Under the pieces are notes generated by a model. It ran no database searches, was not told the origin of the DNA, and saw only the letters and a list, made by a program, of their open reading frames with translations. From positions 257,193 to 321,192 of the forward strand of contig JAUYQQ010000002.1 of the NCBI GenBank assembly GCA_030697165.1: 64,000 nt of DNA. Direction: 5' to 3'. The first letter of the stretch is position 1. Every line of letters starts with the position of its first letter. The stretch comes from Acidobacteriota bacterium. Lineage in GTDB: Bacteria; Acidobacteriota; Vicinamibacteria; Vicinamibacterales; UBA2999. The position numbers and the translations under genes are program-made. This document shows, one piece after another, positions 15,302 to 23,096 of the stretch.

Positions 15302-17956
15302 ATGTGGAAACGCCTGCCGGCCCTGTGGCGCGGCCAACAACTCGATCGCGGCCTGAACGCCGAGATGCGGTTCCACATCGAGATGGAAACCGAGAAGAAC
15401 ATCTCGCTCGGCTTCAGCCCGGACGAGGCGCGCACGCGCGCGTTCAGGAGTTTTGGACCCATGGAAAAGCACAAGGAAGAAACCCGCGACGCCCGCGGCG
15501 TGAGCTGGCTCGAGACGCTGGTCGCCGACCTGCGTTACGGGGCCCGCGCGCTGGTCAAGCGCCCCGGTTATGCCGCCCTGGCGGTCATCACCCTCGGCCT
15601 CGGCATTGGCGCCAACACCGCCATCTTCAGCGTGATTAACGGCGTGCTGCTCAAGCCGTTGCCGTACGAGAACGGCGATCGGCTGGTGGTGCTGCAGCAG
15701 TCGCGGCCGCTCTCGGGCCAGCCCACGGTCGGCGTGGCCATCGCCGAGTACTACGACTACCGCGAACGCGCCACCAACGTGTTCGACGGTCTGGTCGAGT
15801 ACCACCAGATGAACTTCGACCTGATCAATCGCGGCGAACCCGATCGCGTTGACACCGGCGTCGTCTCGGCCAACTTCTTCGACCTGCTGGGGATCAAGCC
15901 GATCATCGGCCGCACCTTCGCTGCCACCGACGATGTCGAGGGCGCCGAGGCCGTGCTGGTGCTGAGCCACACCTACTGGCGCACCAAGTTCGGCGGCGAC
16001 CCCAACATCGTCGGCCAGGTGTTCGAGATGAACGATCGGCCGCACCGCGTAATTGGCGTGCTGCCCAACGTGCCGCACTACCCGCAGGAGAACGACGTCT
16101 ACATGCCGGTGCTGGCGTGCCCGTTTCGAGCCAATGGCGAACGGCAGATGGCGCAGAACCGCCGCGCCTTCGCCGCGCTGAACGTGTTCGGCCGTCTCAA
16201 GCCGGGGCTCGATCCCGGGGCGGCGGCCAGCGCGGTCGGCGCGATCTGCCACACCTTCACGCAGGACCACCGGCAGGTCTACCGGCCCGAGACGTCCGGC
16301 TTCCGCGCCACCACCGTGCCGGTGCGCGACGCGCTCACCAGCGGCGCCCGCGAGTTGCTGCTGATCCTGCTCGGCATCACCGGGCTGGTGCTGCTGATCG
16401 CGTGCGCCAACGTCGCCAACCTCACGCTGGCGCGCATGCTCGGCCGCGACCGCGAACTGGCCATGCGCGCGGCCCTTGGCGCCGGACGCGGGCGGCTGGT
16501 GCGCCAGCTGCTCACCGAAAGCATGCTGCTCGGCGTCTGTGGCGGCCTTGTCGGGGTCGGCTTCGCGTGGGTGACGATCGGGATGTTGACCACGTTCGTC
16601 GGCCGGTTCACGTCGCGGACCGGGGAGGTCACGCTCGATCCGGTGGTGCTGGTGTTTACGCTGGGCGTGTCGGTGCTGACGGGATTGCTGTTTGGCACGC
16701 TGCCGGCGGTCGGTAGTCGTGTCGACCTGGTGGCGGCGTTGAAGCAGGGCGGTGGCCAGGCCGGCGACGCCGGCGGCCGTCGCCGCATCCAGGGCGCGCT
16801 GATCGTGGCGCAGGTGGCGGTGTCGGTGATGTTGCTCGTGGGCGCCGGCCTGCTGCTGGCCAGCTTCTATCGGCTGCAGCGGGTCGAGACCGGCTACCGG
16901 TCGGACGGCGTGCTGTCGGCACAGATCTACGGCAACTTCTCGCGGTATCCGAACGTGAACGAACTGCGCAAGCTCTACCTGCCGGTGCTCGAGCGGCTGC
17001 AGGCCGCCCCCGGGGTCAGCAGCGCGGCGATCACCAATGCGGTGCCGCTCGGCGGTGGCGCGCCCGGCACCATCCGTTTCGACATCGAAGGCCGCGTCAG
17101 CGACGACCCTGAGCGGCGTCCGACCATGGATGTGCGCGTCGCCAGCGACCAGTATTTCAACACCATTGGCATTCCCCTCGTCAGCGGCCGCGCGTTCAAC
17201 CCACTCGACACCGACCAATCACTGAGCGTCGTCGTCATCAACCGCGCGATGGCGCGGTACTGGGAAGGCGCCGACCCGGTTGGCAGCCGCATCTCGGTTG
17301 ATCGCGGTCAGAACTGGTTCACCGTCGTCGGCGTCGTCGGTGACGTGAAGCAGTTCGGCCTGGCCCAGGAAACCGTGGCGCAGGTCTATCAGCCGCTGGC
17401 GCAGACGCGCCAGGGTTTCGCGGGCCAGGTGCTGGTACGCACCGCCGGCAATCCGGCGGCCTTTGGCAATACGCTGCGCAGCGTCATCCACTCGGTCGAT
17501 CCGAACCAGCCGGTCGAAGAGGTGCAGACGCTGGACGATCTGCGTTCCGAGGCGCTGGCCGCCCCGCGCCTCACGGCGACGCTGCTCGCGGTGTTTGCGG
17601 CGCTGGCGCTGCTCGTGACGCTCGCCGGCATCGGCGGCGTGATTGCCACGTCGGTGACCGAGCGCACCAAGGAGTTCGGCCTGCGCATGGCGCTTGGGGC
17701 GCGGCGGGAGAGCGTGCTGATCATGGTGCTGCGCCAGGGCTTGACGCTGGTCGTGATTGGCCTGGTGATTGGCATTGCCGGTGCGCTGGCCGGCGGCCGG
17801 GTGCTGTCGTCATACCTCTACCAGACCGCCCCGCGCGACCCGCTGATCTTTGCGGCCGTGGCCGTCGTGTTCGTGCTGGCGGGCGGGCTGGCGTGCCTGA
17901 TCCCGGCGCGCAAGGCGACCACGGTCGACCCGTTAATCGCCCTGCGCGCGGAATAG
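15302..17956 (+). CDS. duplicated FtsX/MacB-type ABC permease (ADOP family)
   Basis: 884 aa with two MacB-like periplasmic plus FtsX 4-TM halves and an N-terminal MWKRLPALWRGQQLDRGLNAEMRFHIEME motif. Lies 7 nt after PadR, a typical pairing. Confidence 0.9.
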   Translation: MWKRLPALWRGQQLDRGLNAEMRFHIEMETEKNISLGFSPDEARTRAFRSFGPMEKHKEETRDARGVSWLETLVADLRYGARALVKRPGYAALAVITLGLGIGANTAIFSVINGVLLKPLPYENGDRLVVLQQSRPLSGQPTVGVAIAEYYDYRERATNVFDGLVEYHQMNFDLINRGEPDRVDTGVVSANFFDLLGIKPIIGRTFAATDDVEGAEAVLVLSHTYWRTKFGGDPNIVGQVFEMNDRPHRVIGVLPNVPHYPQENDVYMPVLACPFRANGERQMAQNRRAFAALNVFGRLKPGLDPGAAASAVGAICHTFTQDHRQVYRPETSGFRATTVPVRDALTSGARELLLILLGITGLVLLIACANVANLTLARMLGRDRELAMRAALGAGRGRLVRQLLTESMLLGVCGGLVGVGFAWVTIGMLTTFVGRFTSRTGEVTLDPVVLVFTLGVSVLTGLLFGTLPAVGSRVDLVAALKQGGGQAGDAGGRRRIQGALIVAQVAVSVMLLVGAGLLLASFYRLQRVETGYRSDGVLSAQIYGNFSRYPNVNELRKLYLPVLERLQAAPGVSSAAITNAVPLGGGAPGTIRFDIEGRVSDDPERRPTMDVRVASDQYFNTIGIPLVSGRAFNPLDTDQSLSVVVINRAMARYWEGADPVGSRISVDRGQNWFTVVGVVGDVKQFGLAQETVAQVYQPLAQTRQGFAGQVLVRTAGNPAAFGNTLRSVIHSVDPNQPVEEVQTLDDLRSEALAAPRLTATLLAVFAALALLVTLAGIGGVIATSVTERTKEFGLRMALGARRESVLIMVLRQGLTLVVIGLVIGIAGALAGGRVLSSYLYQTAPRDPLIFAAVAVVFVLAGGLACLIPARKATTVDPLIALRAE

Positions 17957-18050
17957 GGCCACAGGGGACACAGAGGACACCGAGATTCGTTTCTAATACC
18001 GCGGTCCGGTATTTAGAAAAACATCCTCTGTGTCTGTGTCCTCTGTGGCC
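17957..18050. repeat. REP-like nested inverted repeat between convergent genes
   Basis: Outer arms GGCCACAGGGGACACAGAGGACAC (17957-17980) and CTCTGTGTCTGTGTCCTCTGTGGCC (18026-18050). Inner hairpin AATACCG-cggtc-CGGTATT (17995-18013). Confidence 0.85.
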
Positions 18051-18052
18051 AA

Positions 18053-19243
18053 CTACTTGGCGTCTAGCTGCTCGATGGTGGCCGTCGAAGGCGGCCGGGT
18101 TTTCTGCAGCCGCGCCGCGACGGCCTCGGCACCCTTCATCACCCGCAGCACGTTCAGGCCGAGCAGCTTCTTGAGGTCGTCGTCCGAGTAGCCGCGCCTG
18201 AGCAGCTCCGCGGTGAGATCCGGGTACTTCGAGACGTCCTCGAGGCCGAGGATGACCGAGCTGATGCCGTCGAAGTCGCCGCCGATGCCCACGTGATCCA
18301 TACCGGCGACCTTGCGAATGTGATCGATGTGGTCGGCCACCTGCGCGAGCGTGGCCCGCGGTGCGGGGCCCTCGGCCCTTTTTGCGTCGTGATCGGCCAC
18401 CGCCTGCGAGATGAACTGGGGCACGAATGTCACCATCACCACGCCCCCGTTCTTGGCGGTCAGCTGCAGCACGTTGTCGGGCACGTTGCGCGGCACGTTG
18501 CACAGCGCCTTGGCCGACGAGTGCGAGAAGATCACCGGCGCCTCGCTCACCCGCAGGGCATCTTCCATGGTCCCGGGCGACACGTGGCTCAGGTCCACCA
18601 GCATCCCCATCCGGTTCATCTCGCGGATCACCTCCTCGCCGAACTTCGACAGGCCGCCGAGCACCGGCGTGTCGGTGCTGGCGTCGGCCCAGGGCAGGTT
18701 GGCGGAGTGGGTGATGGTCATGTATCGGGCGCCGAGCGCGTAGAACATGCGCAGCGTCGCCAGCGAGTTGTCGATCGAGTGCCCGCCTTCCATGCCGATC
18801 AGCGAGCCGATGCGGCCGGCCTTGAACGAGCGCTCGATGTCGGCCGCGGTATACGCCATCTCGAAGGTCTCGGGCCAGCGCTTCGTCATGCGGTGCACGA
18901 TGTCGATCTGCTCGAGCGTGGCCCGCACCGCTTCCTTGCCCTGCATGCTCGACGGCACGTACACCGACCAGAATTGCCCGCCGACCCCGCCTTCTCGCAG
19001 GCGCGGGATATCGGTATGCAACGACGGCACCGGCTTGGAGATCTCGGCCTTGCTGAAGTCGCGCCCGGGATCGAGTCCGCGCAGCGCCCAGGGGTAATCG
19101 TTGTGGCCGTCGATGAGCGGCACCTGCTTGTGCAAGGCCCTGGCCCGTGCCAGGAGATCTCCCTGGGCCGAGGTGTGGCTGGTGGCCATGACGACGACCG
19201 CGAGCAGAGCGACGAAGGGCGAGTATCTGGGCATAGACGCCAT
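18053..19243 (-). CDS. membrane dipeptidase (peptidase family M19)
   Basis: [47 protein letters not shown]. Confidence 0.9.
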   Translation of the reverse strand: MASMPRYSPFVALLAVVVMATSHTSAQGDLLARARALHKQVPLIDGHNDYPWALRGLDPGRDFSKAEISKPVPSLHTDIPRLREGGVGGQFWSVYVPSSMQGKEAVRATLEQIDIVHRMTKRWPETFEMAYTAADIERSFKAGRIGSLIGMEGGHSIDNSLATLRMFYALGARYMTITHSANLPWADASTDTPVLGGLSKFGEEVIREMNRMGMLVDLSHVSPGTMEDALRVSEAPVIFSHSSAKALCNVPRNVPDNVLQLTAKNGGVVMVTFVPQFISQAVADHDAKRAEGPAPRATLAQVADHIDHIRKVAGMDHVGIGGDFDGISSVILGLEDVSKYPDLTAELLRRGYSDDDLKKLLGLNVLRVMKGAEAVAARLQKTRPPSTATIEQLDAK

Positions 19244-19262
19244 CCTGCCACAATCCGCGCCG

Positions 19263-19339
19263 CCCTGATCCCTGTTCCCCGATCCCCGATCCCCGATCCC
19301 CGATCCCCGATCCCTGATCCCTGATCCCTGATCCCTGAT
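19263..19339. repeat. 11 tandem heptamers (CCCTGAT, CCCTGTT, 5 x CCCCGAT, 4 x CCCTGAT); the minus strand reads ATC(A/G)GGG
   Basis: Counted directly. The array ends exactly at the response-regulator stop codon (19340) and lies 20 nt upstream of the dipeptidase ATG (19243). Confidence 0.95.
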
Positions 19340-20116
19340 TCAGATGCGCAGCAAGGTGTCGCGCAGGACCCGCGCCTGGATGCGGCTGACTGACAGCGTC
19401 TGTCCGTTCACCATCTGCACCTGGTAGGTCCCGCCCGGCATCGGGCTGACCTTCTGGATCTGATCCACTGCCGCCAGCGTGCCGCGGCTGAGACGCACGA
19501 ACCGCCGCGGGTCGAGCCGCGCTTCGAGCGCGTGCAGGCGGTGCGAGATGGTGAAGCGCTCGTTGGTCGCGGTGGTGAGGTGGAGCAGGTCGCCCTCGGC
19601 GACCACCGACGCGATCTGCCGCACCGGCAGGATCACCGTTTCCTCGCGCCGCCGCACCGGGATGCGCTCGAGATACGTCGGGCGCACGGCCGTGTCGAGC
19701 GCCGCCGACGCGGCCGCCAGTCCCTGGGCGCGCTCGGGTTCGCTCGCGCCAGCGCGCGTCCGCGCCCGATCGAGGGTGGTCGCGAGCCGGTCGCGATCCA
19801 CCGGTTTCAGCAGGTAGTCGACGGCGTTCAACTCGAACGCCTGCACCGCGAACTCGTCGTACGCCGTGACGAAGGCAATCGACGGCGTCGCCCCGGCCGT
19901 CACCAGCCGCGCCACGTCGAGCCCGCCGGCCTCCGGCATGTTGAGATCGAGCAGCGCCAGGTCGGGTTTCAGGGTCTCGATCAGGTCGATGGCATCGGTG
20001 CCATTCGCCGCCTCGCCCACCACCTCGACATCCGGGAAGGTCTTGAGCAGGTTGATCAGGAAGCGGCGGGCCGGCCGCTCATCGTCGGCCAGTACGACCC
20101 GCAACAGCTTGGGCAT
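19340..20116 (-). CDS. LytTR-family response regulator
   Basis: REC domain (RVVLADDE..DLALLDLNMP) plus a C-terminal LytTR DNA-binding domain. Confidence 0.9.
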   Translation of the reverse strand: MPKLLRVVLADDERPARRFLINLLKTFPDVEVVGEAANGTDAIDLIETLKPDLALLDLNMPEAGGLDVARLVTAGATPSIAFVTAYDEFAVQAFELNAVDYLLKPVDRDRLATTLDRARTRAGASEPERAQGLAAASAALDTAVRPTYLERIPVRRREETVILPVRQIASVVAEGDLLHLTTATNERFTISHRLHALEARLDPRRFVRLSRGTLAAVDQIQKVSPMPGGTYQVQMVNGQTLSVSRIQARVLRDTLLRI

Positions 20117-21992
20117 CTCGATCGTCCTTTTCCAGTTCGGCAGCCGTGGCGAGTGGCACCACGAGCTCGGCGACCGTGCCGCGGCCGGCCTCGGCGGCCA
20201 GTGTCAACGTCGCACTCGCGCCGTAGTGCCCCGCCAGCCGGCGCCTGACGTTATCGACGCCCACCTTCGCCCCTGGCGGGATCGTGGGCCGGCCGAGGTC
20301 GCGCAAGGCTCCTGGGTGCAGCGGCGCGCCGGTGTTGCGAACCACGATGTGCAGCCGTTCGACGCCATCGACCGCATCGAGCAGGGCCGCCACTTCGACG
20401 TCGCCGCCGGTGGTGCTCGGTGCGACGCCGTGCTTGATCGCGTTCTCCACGAGCGGCTGGACCACGAGCGCCGGAATGCGCAAGTGCCGCAAGGCCTGCG
20501 GCACGTTCACGTGCACGCGCAGGCGTTCTTCGAAGCGTTCGTGCTCGATCTTCAGGTAGTGCTCGACCAGTTCGATCTCGCGGCCCAGGGTAGTGAAGTC
20601 GCCCTCGGACCGCAACACGCCACGCAGGAGCGCCGTCAGCTGCATCAGCGTGTTCATGGCGCGTGGCGGCGCCGATTCGATCAGGTAGCCGATGGTGGTG
20701 AGCGCGTTGAACAGGAAGTGCGGATTGACCTGCGCGCGCAGCGCCTTCAGCTCGGCTTCGGCAGTCAGCTTCTGCATCTCCTCTTCGCGCAGCTGCACCT
20801 CGTAGCGCTCGTGCGTGAGCCGGATCTGGTCGATGCGCCGCGCCGCGGTGGCCACCACCGTCTCGACCAGCGCCAGGTCGTCCGACAGCAGCCGCCGGCC
20901 GCCGGTGAGCTCGCCGACGTTGACGACGTAGCGGGGCAGGTCGGTCGTCGGCACCAGCGCCTGCGTGGTCCGTGGCAGACCGCCGCCGGCCGCGGCGCCG
21001 TCCTCCCCCCACCACACGCGCCGCGCATCAAGCGCCGGCGCCAGCCGCTCGGCCACCATCTCGAGCACACCGTCGATGCTATTGCGCGCCTGCAGCGCCT
21101 GCCCGATGCCTGCCGCAAGCGCGGCGTAGTCGGTGCGGCCGAGCAGCGAGTGATCGACAAAGCGAACAATGAGCCGGTGCAGCCAGGGCGAGACGAGCGA
21201 GGTCGCGACCCATAGCGCCATCAACAGGCTGGCGGCCAGCGGGCCGGCCGGCAGCAGCGTCGCCAGGCTGTAGCCCGCGAAGGCGATCGCGACGAGCGCG
21301 ATTAGCGTGAGCGCGCGCTTCAGGAACAAGTCGGCGAGCGCGAAGCGGTAGTCCTGGTAGAGGATGGCGAACGCCAGGGGAATGGCGGCGTGGTGGCCGA
21401 CGAGCTCCACCGCCCAGCCGTCGGCCGCCGCGTGGAAGCGGCCCAGGTGCGAGGCCGACACGGCGAACAGCGCCAGCGCCAACACCCACAGCACCCGCTG
21501 GCCATTCGCCTGCGCCCGCGTGAGTACGCCGAGCGCCAGGATGATCAGGCCGTAGCAAATAGTCAGGATCAGAAAGGCGAGTGACGAAGGTTCCGGATTG
21601 CCGGTGATCACCGTCTGCAGGTGCAGCACCGAGGCAACGATGCTGCAGCCGTAGGCGATCACGGTCAGGACGACGCCGCGCGGCAGCGCGCGGGCGACCG
21701 AATGCACAACGACGGCGGCCAGCAGGCCGAGCGCCGGGAACGCGATCGCCCACAGGCCAATCGACTCGTTGAAATAGCCCAGCCGCGGCAGGGAATACGC
21801 GGCCAGTTCGCCGAGGTTCCAGATCAGGCCGAGCACGCCAGTCGCGAGCGGCAGGTACGGTGGGGGAGGGTGGTCCTGAACCTTGGCGCCAGGCGTACCG
21901 CGCAGCACCAGCGCCAGCAGCATGGCGTACAGCGCCGTGCCGGTGACGAAGCCGACCAGGTTGAGTACCTCCGCCGCGTTCGGCGCGATCAC
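20079..21992 (-). CDS. LytS/YehU-type sensor histidine kinase with multi-TM N-terminus and GAF-like region
   Basis: NPHFLFNALTTI His-kinase box, HATPase N/G boxes and more than 8 predicted TM helices. Overlaps the response-regulator start by 38 nt. GTG start. Confidence 0.9.
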   Translation of the reverse strand: MIAPNAAEVLNLVGFVTGTALYAMLLALVLRGTPGAKVQDHPPPPYLPLATGVLGLIWNLGELAAYSLPRLGYFNESIGLWAIAFPALGLLAAVVVHSVARALPRGVVLTVIAYGCSIVASVLHLQTVITGNPEPSSLAFLILTICYGLIILALGVLTRAQANGQRVLWVLALALFAVSASHLGRFHAAADGWAVELVGHHAAIPLAFAILYQDYRFALADLFLKRALTLIALVAIAFAGYSLATLLPAGPLAASLLMALWVATSLVSPWLHRLIVRFVDHSLLGRTDYAALAAGIGQALQARNSIDGVLEMVAERLAPALDARRVWWGEDGAAAGGGLPRTTQALVPTTDLPRYVVNVGELTGGRRLLSDDLALVETVVATAARRIDQIRLTHERYEVQLREEEMQKLTAEAELKALRAQVNPHFLFNALTTIGYLIESAPPRAMNTLMQLTALLRGVLRSEGDFTTLGREIELVEHYLKIEHERFEERLRVHVNVPQALRHLRIPALVVQPLVENAIKHGVAPSTTGGDVEVAALLDAVDGVERLHIVVRNTGAPLHPGALRDLGRPTIPPGAKVGVDNVRRRLAGHYGASATLTLAAEAGRGTVAELVVPLATAAELEKDDRDAQAVAGRTGRR

Positions 21993-21998
21993 GGATCG

Positions 21999-22004
21999 AT
22001 TCTA
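21999..22004 (-). promoter_or_regulatory. -10-like TAGAAT, 6 nt upstream of the histidine kinase GTG (leaderless candidate)
   Basis: Direct reading. Lies between the EEP stop (22007) and the kinase start (21992). Confidence 0.4.
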
Positions 22005-22006
22005 GC

Positions 22007-23077
22007 CTAGCGCGACGGGAGGAACTGGCCGGCGACCGGGTAGTGGTCAGAGCCGTAGCGGTCGTCGGCACGGCGCGCCTGGGCCTGCCAGCTCCCGGCG
22101 AGCCGGAAGAACAGGTAGTCGAGCCGTCCCATCAGATGGGTCCGGCGGCCATCTTCGGCGGCCAGGCTGGTGGACCATTCCCGCGCCAACGCGTATGCGC
22201 CTTCATCGTCGCCGTTTCTGATCGTGTTGAAGTCGCCGCCAAGCACCACACCCGCCGATGGGGCGGCGCCGGCCACGGCCTGGGTCGCCAGGACCGACAG
22301 GATGGCGCGCACCTGCGCGGGCCGCGGGTTGTGGAACAGCCACAACGTCCGTGGCGAACTCACCGGTTCCAGGTGCGCGCTCCACAACTGCAGACGCTCG
22401 TGGCCGCGCCGGGTGCGAACCGCCACCGTGGCTCCGGCGACGACCCGCCGCTGACGCGCGAGCGGGAGCTCCAACGCCTGCGGTGCGCTCAGCGGTTCGG
22501 TGGAGACGACCGCGCTTCCGCGATCTTCGGGCATCTCGGGCCCGTTCCGCATCGACGGGACGTACCAGACCGCCAGCCCCAGGGACACGGCCTCGGCGAT
22601 CGCGTCCGGTCCATGCGGATCGCGGGGCACGATCCCAAACGCCGCCCGCCCGTCCTCGGGAAAGGGCGGCACGTCCGCTCCCCGGCGATACGCCTCCTGG
22701 ATCAGCAGCACGAAGTGATCGACGGGGGCGCCGCCGGTCAGCGCGCCGGAACGCAACGCGCGCACCAGCTCCGGCAGCCGGCCTTCGACCAGGTGGGCGT
22801 TCCAGGTCACCACCACGAGATCTTCGAGGGCCGGGGGGGCGTCCGATTTGGGTGAGCCGGGCTGCGGCACGAGGATGGGCGGTCCTACTGCGCGGCACCA
22901 GCGGTCCAGTTGGAAGGCATCACCTGTGGGGCCTGGATGCCACGCCACCGCCTGGCCGTCGACCTGTGCCAGCCGTGCCACGCACGGTGAAGCGGAGCGC
23001 TCAGAAACGGCAGCGGTTCGGCAACCGGACGAGACGGCGAGACAGGCGCACGCGAGAGCCAGCGAGAAGACGCGCAT
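22007..23077 (-). CDS. endonuclease/exonuclease/phosphatase (EEP) family protein, secreted/lipoprotein-like
   Basis: VVTWNAHL.., LLIQEA, GGDFN, SDHYPV motifs. N-terminus MRVFSLALACACLAVSSGC. The track ORF (517 aa) carries an upstream extension. Confidence 0.8.
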   Translation of the reverse strand: MRVFSLALACACLAVSSGCRTAAVSERSASPCVARLAQVDGQAVAWHPGPTGDAFQLDRWCRAVGPPILVPQPGSPKSDAPPALEDLVVVTWNAHLVEGRLPELVRALRSGALTGGAPVDHFVLLIQEAYRRGADVPPFPEDGRAAFGIVPRDPHGPDAIAEAVSLGLAVWYVPSMRNGPEMPEDRGSAVVSTEPLSAPQALELPLARQRRVVAGATVAVRTRRGHERLQLWSAHLEPVSSPRTLWLFHNPRPAQVRAILSVLATQAVAGAAPSAGVVLGGDFNTIRNGDDEGAYALAREWSTSLAAEDGRRTHLMGRLDYLFFRLAGSWQAQARRADDRYGSDHYPVAGQFLPSR

Positions 23078-23081
23078 TCGG

Positions 23082-23087
23082 TACAAT
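23082..23087 (+). promoter_or_regulatory. -10-like TACAAT, 9 nt upstream of the E1 alpha/beta ATG
   Basis: Direct reading; no Shine-Dalgarno. Confidence 0.35.
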
Positions 23088-23096
23088 GGCGTCTGC

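Noticed and set aside
17995-18013. The inner hairpin AATACCG/CGGTATT as a classical bidirectional intrinsic terminator.
   Set aside because: The T-rich tract precedes the stem and the A-rich tract follows it on the plus strand. This is the wrong orientation for termination in either direction.
18293-19324. Plus-strand ORF ending in [19 protein letters not shown].
   Set aside because: It is antisense to the M19 dipeptidase, and its tail is the translated heptamer array.
19263-19339. Possibility that the tandem repeats (here and at 44938-45093) are CRISPR arrays.
   Set aside because: The units are directly adjacent with no unique spacers, are 7 and 39 bp long, and no cas genes are present.
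22848-23096. An 83-aa N-terminal extension of the E1 alpha/beta ORF. The same applies to the extensions of ORFs 1581-2750, 22007-23560, 25592-26665, 27432-29903 and 31841-32620.
   Set aside because: The extensions overlap neighbouring genes or divergent promoters and are low-complexity. Internal ATG codons give conserved N-termini or signal peptides.
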